Shown one piece after another: positions 46,694 to 57,286 of a stretch of 64,000 nucleotides of DNA (position 1 is the stretch's first letter; every line of letters begins with the position of its first letter). The notes beneath the pieces are model-generated. The model was not told the origin of the DNA. It worked only from the letters and a program-made list of their open reading frames with translations, and ran no database searches. A program made the position numbers and the translations under genes. Origin of the DNA: a virus (lineage: Duplodnaviria > Caudoviricetes); the IMG/VR virus record IMGVR_UViG_3300018079_000012, positions 560 through 64,559 of that record; one strand, 5' to 3'.

Positions 46694-48397
46694 ATGCCAC
46701 AAGGGATACCAGAAGGGATTTCCGGATCGCTAGGTGCTATCCTAGACGGGATAGCTAACGGTAACAACGATCAGTGGATGAAAGCCGCCGCGATCCAGAT
46801 GTTGGATTATGCCCGTCAAATGGGGCAGATTTCACTGGAACGGTATAACGAGTTAGCAGGCCCATTACGGCAAACTCTAGCAACCCAACAAGGAACAGTC
46901 GGCGGATATCTATGGGGCGGCGGAGAAGATGGCGGCGCCGGTCAAATCCCACAGTTCGGGGATCAGATGCAGCAGCAGGGCGCTGGGATACTGGATCTCT
47001 TCCGGAACCTCGGCGAGTACACTACGCCGCAGATGCAACAGGCGTACGAACAGATGTTCGGGTTGAATCAAGGCGCCGCGCGAACCGGAGATCTCGCGGG
47101 GCAAGTCTTCGCTGGCGGCGGCTGGTCGCCGTTCGGTCAACGCGTGTTAGACCGCGCTATGGATATGGGCGAGGGCCAAGGCTGGCAGTTAGGTCAATTA
47201 GCGACGACCGGCGGAGATTTACTCGGACAATTCGGCCGGAATCAGTTGACCAGCGGAATACAGGACAGAGCGCTGGCTGGTCTCGCGGGACAAGGTCGTA
47301 CCGGAGGGATAGATGCTCTTTCGGGCGCGGGACAGAGTACTCTCGGCGGGATATTTGGGGTCGGAGGTTTGACTCCTACTGGCGCGGTAGGCGAGGGAGT
47401 AGGTCTGCAACAGCTACTTGAAGGCGGGAGAACGCCGCAGACCCAGTATCTCGCGGACGTCGGAGCGACACAGGCCGGGCAGGAACCGTTGTTACCGATG
47501 GACGAAGCGTTGAACTTCGCCCGGCAGGAAGCGGCTCGGAATGTCTCCGGACAACGCGAAGGCGCTATGCGCCAGATATTCGCGCGCGGTGGCGGACCAG
47601 CGGCGTTATCGCAAGGCGGAATGGGCGGGACGCAAGCGGCCGGAGTCGCGGAATTCGCCGATTACGCATTAGAAGCCGAGTCCGCTGCGATCCGAGATGC
47701 TTTGATGAAGCAACAGGGATTACAATTGCAACGACAAGAACAAGGTACATCGATGTCGTTGAACGCGTTAGATCAGGAACGCGGCCGGATGCAGGTCGGA
47801 TCATCGTTACTTGGGAACCTAGAAGACGTCGCGTCCCGGCGGTTCGGAACCGGTGCGAGTATGATGACCGATGCCGAGCGTATCGCGGCGCAGCGCGAGT
47901 TAGGTCTCGGCGGTCTGGGAATAGATTCTGGACAACTAGAGAACGCCCGGATGGGGACCGGCGGGAATTTGATGGATATTTACAATCGCTACCGACTCGG
48001 CGGATTGACGTTAGGTCAACAAGGGCTGGAAGGAATGAACCGATATGCGTTAGGCGCCGGTGGCCTTCAGAACAATCTGACTGGGACACAAAGCGCGAAT
48101 CTCAATAATATCCTGAATAACATTCTCCAAGGCGGACAATTAGCTACGAATCGAGCAACGGGGATCTCTGGAGCGCAGAACACCGCATTCGGGAATCAGA
48201 ATCAGTTGTACGGGCATTTACTGAACGCTTTGTCCAATACTTATAACCCGATGGCATCGATGGCTAACACAGCATTCGGCGGGTTCACGAATTCCGCGAA
48301 CTTCAACCCGTTCACGCAGTACACTACGGCCCCGAGCCAACGTGGGAATATAGCCAGTGGAGCCGGTCAGATAATTGGTATGATACCAGGGTTATAA
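46694..48397 (+). CDS. DNA ejection / internal virion protein
   Basis: G/Q/A-rich, helical, amphipathic C-terminus. Confidence 0.65.
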   Translation: MPQGIPEGISGSLGAILDGIANGNNDQWMKAAAIQMLDYARQMGQISLERYNELAGPLRQTLATQQGTVGGYLWGGGEDGGAGQIPQFGDQMQQQGAGILDLFRNLGEYTTPQMQQAYEQMFGLNQGAARTGDLAGQVFAGGGWSPFGQRVLDRAMDMGEGQGWQLGQLATTGGDLLGQFGRNQLTSGIQDRALAGLAGQGRTGGIDALSGAGQSTLGGIFGVGGLTPTGAVGEGVGLQQLLEGGRTPQTQYLADVGATQAGQEPLLPMDEALNFARQEAARNVSGQREGAMRQIFARGGGPAALSQGGMGGTQAAGVAEFADYALEAESAAIRDALMKQQGLQLQRQEQGTSMSLNALDQERGRMQVGSSLLGNLEDVASRRFGTGASMMTDAERIAAQRELGLGGLGIDSGQLENARMGTGGNLMDIYNRYRLGGLTLGQQGLEGMNRYALGAGGLQNNLTGTQSANLNNILNNILQGGQLATNRATGISGAQNTAFGNQNQLYGHLLNALSNTYNPMASMANTAFGGFTNSANFNPFTQYTTAPSQRGNIASGAGQIIGMIPGL

Positions 48398-48400
48398 AAT

Positions 48401-50008
48401 ATGCCAGACGAGACTCAAGACGATCTTTACGAACAGTTCGTTCGCGATACGATCCAAGCGACGCCGGAGAAGAAGGTCGAAGAACGTCTGAAGAAGTTAT
48501 TCGGTGATAAGTGGAAAGGTTCGTCCGGGCGTCAGAAAGTTAACCGAGTCGCGGATTTCTTCGCCCAAGTGCTGGCCGGAGAAAAAGTCGGACAAGCATC
48601 AAAAACTCGTCAACGCGCGTTGGAAGAGTACAAGACAGTCGCGCCGACGTTACAGCGAGAATCGGCGGTTATGTCAGCCGAAGACCGCGCTCGTATGTCC
48701 CAAGAAACCGCTCGTGAACGTAATGAGATCGCGCGTATAAGCGCGAAAGCCTTGGAGTTTAAGAATCAATCGCACTCTTTGTACGAGCAAGGCGCATTAG
48801 CTATACAACAAGGAAATTTGCAGTTAGCACAGGAGAAGTTTGCCGAGGCAAAACGAGTACAAGAAGAACACGGACCGAAGTTATCGAATCTTTTTGAGAC
48901 GTCGGAGTATATGCGACGTCTAGAAGCGACCGATCCAGCCAAAGCTAAAGCGTTACGCGATAGTTTCATCGATTTATCAGGAATTCAAATGATAACTCGG
49001 GGCGGTGGAAGTCAAGGCGGGACGACGGTTACATCTGGACAACAGTTTCTTCCGCCGGTACAAGATCGTCAAGGGAAGTGGCATTTCTTCAAAGCGGACA
49101 GGGAAAGTACCTCCGTTAGAACCCCTAGCAGCGGCGGAAATATCGCGGAAAAACTGCAACTGCTAGAACAAATGAAACAGCTCGGCCCGTACCAAGGAGG
49201 GGTTGGGCAACAAACGCCTCAAGCAGCGCCGCAACAGGCACCAACGTTACCTATGGGTCCGCAGCAACCGATGCAAGCGCCCGGACCGCAAGGCGTTCTA
49301 CAACAAATGATCCGGCCACCAGCGCCTATAGGTCCGCAACAGTCTCAAGCCGGACCCGGACCCGCGCGCGGTGTCCGTGAAGTTATGACTCTGCCTGAGG
49401 AATTTTCGCGTACTACACAAGAAACACAAGGTAAGAACTTAGCAGCGGACCGCGAGATGCGAATCTCCGGACTCGCACGATCTCTACCGGGCTGGTACGC
49501 ATCTGGCGCATTAGACGACTTCGTTGGGACGCCGGAAGGGTGGGCAGAAGGACTTAGAAAGAAATTCGGTACGAGTAACGAAGAGATCCAGACTCTCGAC
49601 TGGGTCGTGACTAAAGGTGTGCCTTCGGAAGTCAATGAGTCGTCGGGTTTGCAGTTCTCTATAAAAGAAGTAGAAATGGCACAACGATACTGGCCGAATA
49701 TCACCGATCATCCGAGATCGATTATGCAACGGATGAATATGATTAACTTCTCGGTTCAGGGTAACCGATATATGCGAGAACTCGGGTTGACACCGCGACA
49801 ACGCGATCTATTAGCTGGCGAATGGTTCAAGGAAATGGCTGCGCAGTCGAAGCGTATAACCTCGATGTCCGAGACCGCGCGCGGAACTACTAACTGGAAG
49901 AACGCCGTACCGACTAACGTCGATATGGACCCGAGGATAGTAGTGGCTAAAGCGTTACGGAAGGCTAGATCCGCGAATCCTTCCGAGTTTCCTTTGAGGA
50001 ATAGATAA
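48401..50008 (+). CDS. internal virion / ejection protein
   Basis: Coiled coil with Q/P linker; position. Confidence 0.6.
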   Translation: MPDETQDDLYEQFVRDTIQATPEKKVEERLKKLFGDKWKGSSGRQKVNRVADFFAQVLAGEKVGQASKTRQRALEEYKTVAPTLQRESAVMSAEDRARMSQETARERNEIARISAKALEFKNQSHSLYEQGALAIQQGNLQLAQEKFAEAKRVQEEHGPKLSNLFETSEYMRRLEATDPAKAKALRDSFIDLSGIQMITRGGGSQGGTTVTSGQQFLPPVQDRQGKWHFFKADRESTSVRTPSSGGNIAEKLQLLEQMKQLGPYQGGVGQQTPQAAPQQAPTLPMGPQQPMQAPGPQGVLQQMIRPPAPIGPQQSQAGPGPARGVREVMTLPEEFSRTTQETQGKNLAADREMRISGLARSLPGWYASGALDDFVGTPEGWAEGLRKKFGTSNEEIQTLDWVVTKGVPSEVNESSGLQFSIKEVEMAQRYWPNITDHPRSIMQRMNMINFSVQGNRYMRELGLTPRQRDLLAGEWFKEMAAQSKRITSMSETARGTTNWKNAVPTNVDMDPRIVVAKALRKARSANPSEFPLRNR

Positions 50009-50009
50009 C

Positions 50010-52016
50010 GTGCCCCAAACTCCACAAAAACGAGAACGCGACGAGTTAGACGAGATACTCGATAAGTATGGCGCGACTGAAGATCCTCGTGACCGAGAGG
50101 CGGTACGGAAGGTATACAAAGAAGACATAGGGAAAGCTGCGTCGCCGACAGTATTCCGGAAGCCTGGAGAAGAAGACTCGGATACCGGTGCTGGCGGTGG
50201 GATACGCGCTAAGACCGCTGAAGATATGATTAAGGAGTTTGTCTCGCGCGGGTTAGACGTGGCCGCAGGTGCGGTTGGAGGACCAACGTCGGCAGGAGTC
50301 GCGGCCCTCGCTCCTGAAGTCATGCGTATGTTATTCTCGTCACAGAAACCGCCAGAGTACACGTCGCCCGAGAACGCCGCGTCGCTAACTTCTCTCCTGA
50401 CTAACCTCGCGACTAAAGCGTCGCCGTTAGGACGAGCGACAGGTCCAGCGCCGTTAATCCTGAAAGGAATGATAGAAGGTGCGGCGCCCGGAGCCGCTTA
50501 CGTCGCGGAGTCAGAACGCGAAGGACAACCGTTAACTGGCGCTTCGAAGGCGTTTGCACTAGGATTCCCTACGGCTATGGGGGGTATTGGCGGCCAAGTA
50601 GGCGCGAGTACGTACAAACGCGCGACTAAAGGTCCGGCGGCATTATCGACGCAAGGTCCGGAGCGTGTAATGTCCGGCGAGTTAATGGAACAAGTACTTC
50701 CGGCGGTCACTGAAGCGCGTACGATGCTGGAGAGTTTGGAGAAACGTTCTAAAATCGCGTCTGGCGGATTCCAACGCTTGAAAGATCTGAAGTCTGAGGC
50801 CGCTGCGAATTTACCGGGAACGCAACAGACTCAAAACGCCGCTGCTGGATCGGCACAGTTAGCAGAATCTTCATTGGCGACAGCGCGGCAACAGAGAGAC
50901 CTATTACGCGCGCAGTTAGTCGATACTAAGCGAGATCTGAAGTTATTACCGGTAGAAGAGAAGAAGTTAAAGTCCGAGTACGCAGGACTAGAAGGTTCGA
51001 ATCCCGCATCTATGACCGAACGAGCCAAGAATTCCCGACGGATGCAGAAGATCGGAGAACGCCTAGGACAGATCGACGAAGAGAAAGCGACTTTGATCTC
51101 CAGGTCGGCGGAGTTAGAGAAACGAGTTATGGCTACGACGCCACAGATAGAACAATTGCAGACGGCGGCGAGGTCAGCACGGAGTACTTCCAAAATCGCG
51201 CTGGAGAACTGGGAGACGATCAAGAACAACGACGCGGCGATTACGTCAGTCGTCGGCGATATTGACGCGCGGACTGGCTGGAAGTACGCGACTCTCAGCG
51301 CAGAAGATAAAACTTTGATCCGAAAGATGGCGTCGGAGTCTCCAAACGCTATGATCGATACTACGATTGGTGCTGCTATGTCCGGTAGAGTTAAAGCCGG
51401 AGAAGAACCGGCGCTGAACTGGGTTAGATCGATGAACAGAGTTCTTAACGACGATGAAAAGTCCGCGATGCGTACGATAGTCGCGAAACGCCTAGTCGGA
51501 GAAGCATACGACCAAACGAGTGCGAAATTCGGTTCGTTCGGGGTTACTAAAGGCAGCGAGGGCGCATTTACTCCCAGCGGTTTATCACGTATCGGTGAGA
51601 CCGCGACGAACGAATTATTCGACTCGCCGAACGCTTACAAGAATCTTATGGCGTTGTCTCGAAATCTGCACGAGGCTAATAAGCCCGGTCTCAAGTTAGC
51701 TTGGTTCGGTAAAGGTGGTACGTTGCTCGGCGGCATGGCGATGTTCTTTTGGGGCGCGCGGTTCGCCGGACAGAACCCCGGTTTATTCGGTGGTGCGGCA
51801 GCAGCCGGGGCGTTGATCGCCGGTAAAATCGGGTGGGATAAGTTCGTCGATGCCGTAGTTAGGAAAGCGCACGCGGACCCCAGTAAAGCGTTGTTCCAGT
51901 CTCTAGAGAACCGAATGCTTATGCCCGCGAAGGGCGTTACCGGATCGACGTTAGGCCAAGCGGTCGCGGAGCCGATGGTTCGTGCGAAAACTCGTCAAGA
52001 ACCCGTCGTTCAGTAG
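50010..52016 (+). CDS. internal virion / ejection protein
   Basis: Ala-rich coiled coil; glycine-rich hydrophobic segments near the C-terminus; last late gene. Confidence 0.6.
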   Translation: MPQTPQKRERDELDEILDKYGATEDPRDREAVRKVYKEDIGKAASPTVFRKPGEEDSDTGAGGGIRAKTAEDMIKEFVSRGLDVAAGAVGGPTSAGVAALAPEVMRMLFSSQKPPEYTSPENAASLTSLLTNLATKASPLGRATGPAPLILKGMIEGAAPGAAYVAESEREGQPLTGASKAFALGFPTAMGGIGGQVGASTYKRATKGPAALSTQGPERVMSGELMEQVLPAVTEARTMLESLEKRSKIASGGFQRLKDLKSEAAANLPGTQQTQNAAAGSAQLAESSLATARQQRDLLRAQLVDTKRDLKLLPVEEKKLKSEYAGLEGSNPASMTERAKNSRRMQKIGERLGQIDEEKATLISRSAELEKRVMATTPQIEQLQTAARSARSTSKIALENWETIKNNDAAITSVVGDIDARTGWKYATLSAEDKTLIRKMASESPNAMIDTTIGAAMSGRVKAGEEPALNWVRSMNRVLNDDEKSAMRTIVAKRLVGEAYDQTSAKFGSFGVTKGSEGAFTPSGLSRIGETATNELFDSPNAYKNLMALSRNLHEANKPGLKLAWFGKGGTLLGGMAMFFWGARFAGQNPGLFGGAAAAGALIAGKIGWDKFVDAVVRKAHADPSKALFQSLENRMLMPAKGVTGSTLGQAVAEPMVRAKTRQEPVVQ

Positions 52017-52874
52017 TCACCCTGCTATCACGCCCTGATCGACTTCTTTCTCGAATCTCACACGGAGATCGTTGAGTTGATTGACTGTGAAAATCAATTC
52101 TCGAACTGGAGCTTCTCCGTGCCGCGATATCCACCGCGTTCTAATCCGCCACGCTTCGTGTGAACAGCCCGACATCTGCGGTAAACGCATCATCGTGGCC
52201 AGCGTATCCATATCTCCGTACCAGTTCGACGAACCTCGGAAGTTGTACGGATCTAAACGGTCGAACGTCCACCGAGGGTCACGCGACGGTTTGCCAAAGT
52301 GGTGCGAGATTATCACCGATAGATCTAGATCCCTATAGTCCGAGATCAGATGATCGATATTCAAGAGTAGACGGGCGATCTCGGTATTCGAATTCTCGTC
52401 CGAGGTATGGAACTTACTAATCGGGTCCAGGATTAGAACGTTCGGCCGGACTTGATCGACTAGACGCGCGATAATACCGCGTCCCTCTGGAGTATCAAAC
52501 TTCATCTCCGGGTGCTTCGACGACCACCAGAGGTTTTCGGCGAGACATTCGACCGGGTGACCGGCGAAGATTTTCCGCGCGCGCGCTTGCAGACCGTACG
52601 CGCCGAGTTCTTGGTCGAGAAGCAGAACACGCGCGGGATCGCGGACGGAGAACTTCGGGTAACCGAAGGGAACGTCGGCGGACGACAGCGCGCGCGCGAG
52701 TTCTAGGACTAACAACGACTTCCCGATCTTCGCTTCTCCACCGAACATCAGTTTCCCCGACCGTGGGAGTACCGATGGATATATCCAGCACGGGGTATCT
52801 GGGATCGGCGCCGCGATCAGATCAGAGAGTGAACGTGCGACTAACGGGTTATCCATTCGCCGTCGTGGTATCAA
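52017..52874 (-). CDS. RepA/AAA_25-type SF4 helicase-like ATPase
   Basis: GEAKIGKS (Walker A), LILDP (Walker B), DEN, HHFGK, RGSS. Confidence 0.85.
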   Translation of the reverse strand: MIPRRRMDNPLVARSLSDLIAAPIPDTPCWIYPSVLPRSGKLMFGGEAKIGKSLLVLELARALSSADVPFGYPKFSVRDPARVLLLDQELGAYGLQARARKIFAGHPVECLAENLWWSSKHPEMKFDTPEGRGIIARLVDQVRPNVLILDPISKFHTSDENSNTEIARLLLNIDHLISDYRDLDLSVIISHHFGKPSRDPRWTFDRLDPYNFRGSSNWYGDMDTLATMMRLPQMSGCSHEAWRIRTRWISRHGEAPVRELIFTVNQLNDLRVRFEKEVDQGVIAG

Positions 52875-53202
52875 CGGACGACGGGTTCACCCGAGGACGT
52901 AATAAGGAACTTAGGAAGTCTTTGGCTTTGTCTAGCTTCGAGGGTTCCGGTGGAATAGGAATAATCTCTTCTAGACGACTCCCGACCGACTCATTCTCCG
53001 GAGTCCTTAACGACTGTTTCGCCGCGACCATTGCGAGGGCAGCGAAATAACACCAGTCCGCAGATTCCAACGACGGACCGTAATGGAATAGATCCTCTAC
53101 AAAGCGATTAAAAGTAACAGGGTTATTTGCTGCCAACATATCACTGTGCTGCTCAACAACCTCGGCTAAGATATTCGAGTCTAGTTTATCGTACTCAGGC
53201 AT
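52849..53202 (-). CDS. hypothetical protein
   Basis: SD AAGGAG. Confidence 0.55.
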   Translation of the reverse strand: MPEYDKLDSNILAEVVEQHSDMLAANNPVTFNRFVEDLFHYGPSLESADWCYFAALAMVAAKQSLRTPENESVGSRLEEIIPIPPEPSKLDKAKDFLSSLLRPRVNPSSVDTTTANG

Positions 53203-53211
53203 ACAGCTCCT

Positions 53212-53613
53212 TTATTTCTTCCGTTTCCGACTTCGGCGGAATTTCACTCCCGCTAAATCCATAGTCTTCTCCCAGAGGTCGGGCGGAATACCGCGAACCT
53301 CTAAATCGAACCCGCCATCGCCAGACCAGAACGCCTCGGCTTTCGGCGCCAGTAGATTCTTAGCTTTCACTAGATGTTTAACTTCGCCCAACTTCATCCA
53401 ACACAATCGACCGGAGTCGAAGTACAGATGGCCGTTTTTTCCTGGTAAATAGGAATCGCCACACTCGTCTAATAACAACGTCGTTCGGTACTTAGCTGCA
53501 AACTCCTCTTCCGACCTCGGAATACGGTCGGCGGGTACTTGACGTTTCCTAGAAGGCGTTATTTTGCTCGATCCCTTGGAAGCCATTGCAGACAAAGCAG
53601 TTAGAGATTTCAT
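53212..53613 (-). CDS. hypothetical protein
   Basis: DECGD...PGKNGHLY. Confidence 0.6.
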   Translation of the reverse strand: MKSLTALSAMASKGSSKITPSRKRQVPADRIPRSEEEFAAKYRTTLLLDECGDSYLPGKNGHLYFDSGRLCWMKLGEVKHLVKAKNLLAPKAEAFWSGDGGFDLEVRGIPPDLWEKTMDLAGVKFRRSRKRKK

Positions 53614-53636
53614 AGGTTTTGTTTGTTTTCAACAAC

Positions 53637-53858
53637 TTACGAAATTGTCTCGTCGTTGTCCAGGAGCGGGTCTACGAACACACCATCTTCATACCGGCGC
53701 CAAGGAGCTTTCCCACGGTCGGCGAAGTGTTGTTCTTGGCATCCGCCGTAGGTCAAATGACCCTCTAACGACGCGAGGTTATGGAAGCCTTCGGAGCAGT
53801 AACGGCAGATCCAATTTTCATATCTGGACGTCGGGAGTGTATCTTCGTAGTCAGACAT
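53637..53858 (-). CDS. small protein with a classical C2H2/C2HC-type zinc finger
   Basis: WICRYCSEGFHNLASLEGHLTYGGC. Confidence 0.6.
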   Translation of the reverse strand: MSDYEDTLPTSRYENWICRYCSEGFHNLASLEGHLTYGGCQEQHFADRGKAPWRRYEDGVFVDPLLDNDETIS

Positions 53859-54242
53859 TTAGATCTCCTTGTTCTTAGCTTTCAGCACTTCGAAAAGATA
53901 CCCAGAGGCATTAAAGATCACCGCACAGAGACTCTCTTCCAGGTCTTCCGTCTCCGGTACCCCACGATGCGCCTTCCACCATGCCATCAGGTGCCGAACA
54001 GCGGACTTCATGTATGCGTTCCTTGGAATACCTTTCTGCCAATTATCCCCGTCGCGCAGATTGCCGTCGGATTGTACCCGGTGTTTATGAAGGTACTGTG
54101 CGTACCGTTCGAGAACTGCTGGCGACAGGAACGCTTCATAATCTAGCTTCCCGATTTCAGCGTTCCGAGTCGCGCCTGTGTCGAATTTTCTAACTCCGGG
54201 ACGTTCACACGGAGGTAGATCCTCTGCGCTTAGAGTTAGCAT
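53859..54242 (-). CDS. dATP/dGTP diphosphohydrolase-domain protein (DUF5664-like)
   Basis: RKFDTGATR...KLDY...NWQKGIP...SAVRHL...AVIFNA. Confidence 0.75.
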   Translation of the reverse strand: MLTLSAEDLPPCERPGVRKFDTGATRNAEIGKLDYEAFLSPAVLERYAQYLHKHRVQSDGNLRDGDNWQKGIPRNAYMKSAVRHLMAWWKAHRGVPETEDLEESLCAVIFNASGYLFEVLKAKNKEI

Positions 54243-54245
54243 CGT

Positions 54246-54479
54246 CTACGTCTCCTTCATACTAAAAAGATAATACACTAACGGCATAATCTTCGTCGGC
54301 CACGTGTGCCAAGACAAATCTTGATTCTTTGAGAATTTGTTCGTCCTTTTCAACGCTTTTCGTGCGGCGACGAGAGTGGGAAACACGGTTATGTTGTCTC
54401 CAAAGTACAACAAGTGCTTCTCAACATCCTTATTCCAAAATAACTCCAACGGTCCTTCTTCTCTACAAACTACGAACAT
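54246..54479 (-). CDS. hypothetical protein
   Basis: ORF track; SD AAGGAG. Confidence 0.5.
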   Translation of the reverse strand: MFVVCREEGPLELFWNKDVEKHLLYFGDNITVFPTLVAARKALKRTNKFSKNQDLSWHTWPTKIMPLVYYLFSMKET

Positions 54480-54480
54480 A

Positions 54481-55323
54481 CTATTTCTCCTTTCCGTAAC
54501 GTTTTCCGTTAACCGTGAATTGCGATCTGTTGATAACTACGACTTGATCGGTAAATTCGCCGTCCGGCCAGAACCATCCATATAGAAACCCGTGCATAAA
54601 GTTCGACGGTGCGAATTTGGTGTAGTATGGGTCGCGCGAGGCCAGTGCAGGTACTATTATACCGGTGTGATAGTCTTGCTTATCAACCGGTGATTTCAGA
54701 GTAAACGCGTCGTAGGTATGTACATGACCAGCGCGGATGTTCTTGTTGTACGCCGTAACCAGAGTACGCGCAGGCGACTTGTACTGTTGACTCTTGAGAA
54801 TCACGTCGCCGTGAACGAAGTATAGTTTTCCCCTCTTCGTGCCATAGGACAGTTGGTACATTTCTCCTTGTGATACAGTCTCGGCCCATTGGCCCTTCAA
54901 GTATGACTGCGGCTCCACCATCCCTTCAAGACCTGGATTCTCGTCTACTAACCCGTGTATCCAAGCCTCATGATTTCCGTCCATCCAAATCGTCCGGGGG
55001 ATTTTGATAAGCGTATTTCCGAATAAGTCTTGGAACTTGTCGAGTTCGTTCTTCAACCGGAAACCTTCTACGAGACGCGGTTTGCCTTTCAACCAATGAC
55101 TCACCGGCCCGCAGTTGATCTGGTCACCGCCGAGGATTAAAACGTCCGGAGCGAAGTCGTTAACAAAATCCAACGTCGCGTGGATCGCCGGTTCGTTATG
55201 CGTCGGCCGCTTTACTAGCTCCCCGCCGACCCTCGCCCACTCCCAGCCGACGTGGATATCGAATAACGCGACGAAGCGTGTAGCGGTGGACGACAGCGGT
55301 TCCTTACGTACAGACTTGGACAT
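54481..55323 (-). CDS. metallophosphoesterase (second copy)
   Basis: FDIH, GGD, GNHE, VHG, GHVH. Confidence 0.85.
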   Translation of the reverse strand: MSKSVRKEPLSSTATRFVALFDIHVGWEWARVGGELVKRPTHNEPAIHATLDFVNDFAPDVLILGGDQINCGPVSHWLKGKPRLVEGFRLKNELDKFQDLFGNTLIKIPRTIWMDGNHEAWIHGLVDENPGLEGMVEPQSYLKGQWAETVSQGEMYQLSYGTKRGKLYFVHGDVILKSQQYKSPARTLVTAYNKNIRAGHVHTYDAFTLKSPVDKQDYHTGIIVPALASRDPYYTKFAPSNFMHGFLYGWFWPDGEFTDQVVVINRSQFTVNGKRYGKEK

Positions 55324-55336
55324 GTAGACTCCTTAA

Positions 55337-55927
55337 CTACTTTTTAACACGTGGCGCCGAATTCACAATCGATGAGAACCAATCGGTGATATTCGCCGCC
55401 GTCCGAAAGATAAACGACATATACCCGATCATGACTCGTTGCTGCGAGGGGTCTGGCGACTTAGCGATATCGCTGGGACACATGACGGACTCTGGCGTCA
55501 TCGAGAGCAGATTTTTACCGCTGGGGTTTTCATAAACCAGAAACTCTCCGGTACTTGCGCGTAGCTCGAACTTCCGGTTCTCCGTCGTAATCGTAGTCTT
55601 ATCGCAGATCCGCCCGCCGAGGTTCGTTAACTCCCGAACGGCGGTCCACAGTCTCGCTTGAGTAGCGATTTGGGTCACTGGAGCAACGTCTTTAGCCGAT
55701 ATCGCGCGTTCGCCGGACTTGGATTTCCGCGTTACTATCTCTCTCTCGAAGTCTACCGTGTACTCAGCGTCCGAACCGACGATCTTTTCATCCTCGTCGT
55801 GGAGAACAGTTTCCCACGTGAACAACTGAGACTCGGCTTCCGATAGGGTCACGTGGTCGATGCCTAAATGTGTATCGGCAGCGATAAGTATCCCGAACAG
55901 TGTTAACGGTATCAATAATCTACGCAT
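55337..55927 (-). CDS. exported protein
   Basis: Signal peptide MRRLLIPLTLFGILIAA. Confidence 0.6.
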   Translation of the reverse strand: MRRLLIPLTLFGILIAADTHLGIDHVTLSEAESQLFTWETVLHDEDEKIVGSDAEYTVDFEREIVTRKSKSGERAISAKDVAPVTQIATQARLWTAVRELTNLGGRICDKTTITTENRKFELRASTGEFLVYENPSGKNLLSMTPESVMCPSDIAKSPDPSQQRVMIGYMSFIFRTAANITDWFSSIVNSAPRVKK

Positions 55928-55931
55928 CTCG

Positions 55932-56444
55932 TTACTTCTCCTTCACGTCGTCGGTTAACTTCAGATCGACGAGTACTTGACGAACTAGATCACTGGCACC
56001 GGCCAGCATATTCGCGTCTTCACCGCCGACTTCTTTGATCGAATCTTGCACCGCGAGACCGGACGCGAGAAAGATCAGAACTAATTCTTCCGGACGCAGC
56101 AAACCTTCTTCAACGTGCGAATTAACCTCATCGACCATCGCTTTGACATACCCGGACAATCGGAACAACCGCTTCCGAGGCATCTCGGCGCCGAGTGTCG
56201 CGGGCCGTAACGCGGCGATAACCGCGTTATTCAAGTACGTTTTTATCTCGCGCGACGAGAATAGGTCGTTGGCTTTCTTTTTAACTTGCATGGGATCATC
56301 GGTCTCCAGCGGACTTCCGCCCTCTTGGGACGCAGTTGGGAGCAGGAACTCCCGGATATCTCGGACCACCGCCTCTGCGCCCCAAAGTTGGGTACGGGGG
56401 AATCTTGGCCAGCGTAAATAGTAACGACGATAACGTGATGGCAT
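55932..56444 (-). CDS. hypothetical protein
   Basis: ORF track; start uncertain. Confidence 0.55.
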   Translation of the reverse strand: MPSRYRRYYLRWPRFPRTQLWGAEAVVRDIREFLLPTASQEGGSPLETDDPMQVKKKANDLFSSREIKTYLNNAVIAALRPATLGAEMPRKRLFRLSGYVKAMVDEVNSHVEEGLLRPEELVLIFLASGLAVQDSIKEVGGEDANMLAGASDLVRQVLVDLKLTDDVKEK

Positions 56445-56461
56445 TCGGCATTACCGTCTCC

Positions 56462-56785
56462 CTATATATTAGACGACGCGGCGGGGACAGAAGTTACAGG
56501 GGTCAGATAAGTAATTGTCTTAATCAGTACCTTGGGGACGGCCAGCGTCCGCCGGTAACCCGCTACTTCGTTCGGTGCGGTGGCGTAACGTTCAAACCCG
56601 AGAACTAACCACTCTTCGGACTCGACGACTACGTACCCAACGTCGTAGTTGAGTAAACCGGTCTTCCGAAGTTCCCCGATACGAGAGTAGCCAGAGTCGA
56701 ACTCCGCGTCGATCCAAGAGATCTCGACCATCGGCGGGACGGGCATTGGTTCTTCAAGAAGAAGGTTTTCTATTTCTATAGTCAT
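56462..56785 (-). CDS. small phage protein (VEISWIDA...VGYV...IP-type)
   Basis: W-x-D-A and VGY motifs. Confidence 0.6.
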   Translation of the reverse strand: MTIEIENLLLEEPMPVPPMVEISWIDAEFDSGYSRIGELRKTGLLNYDVGYVVVESEEWLVLGFERYATAPNEVAGYRRTLAVPKVLIKTITYLTPVTSVPAASSNI

Positions 56786-57021
56786 TTAATCCATCCGATC
56801 CGGTGACGCCAGCCATATTTACCGAAGACACCACCATAGTCACCTAGAGAATCATAAAATACAGTGTGGTCAGCCTCGTCCAGTAACTCAAACATTTTAT
56901 CGAACGCCTCAAGTAGTAACTCGGCTTCCGATGGTTTCAGACCTTCCGTTAACATATGGATATTCAGTAGTCGATGTATCTTCAGGCCTTTTCTATTCAC
57001 CATAAACCTCCTGAACCGCAT
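56782..57021 (-). CDS. hypothetical protein
   Basis: ORF track; coupled. Confidence 0.45.
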   Translation of the reverse strand: MRFRRFMVNRKGLKIHRLLNIHMLTEGLKPSEAELLLEAFDKMFELLDEADHTVFYDSLGDYGGVFGKYGWRHRIGWIK

Positions 57022-57199
57022 ATTTATAATGCTGCAACTCTCTCGCCGCCGGGTTACATTCGCAGTCTACTATCCACATGAAAGACTGGAGTAGATTAGC
57101 GGCCGCTAGGACACGCTGTAAAGCTACCTCAGACGCCTCGTGCCGCTTGGACCAGGCCTGTGCGAGTTCTTTGAGTTCTTGTAGTTTTAGTCCTGTCAT
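56993..57199 (-). CDS. hypothetical protein
   Basis: SD AGGAG. Confidence 0.45.
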   Translation of the reverse strand: MTGLKLQELKELAQAWSKRHEASEVALQRVLAAANLLQSFMWIVDCECNPAARELQHYKYAVQEVYGE

Positions 57200-57286
57200 G
57201 GTAGTTCTCCTACTAGAATTCCAAAAAGTAGAATGGAGTCTATTAGAAACGCTATAAGCAATAGCGCTATCAGCGTAACTACTGCG

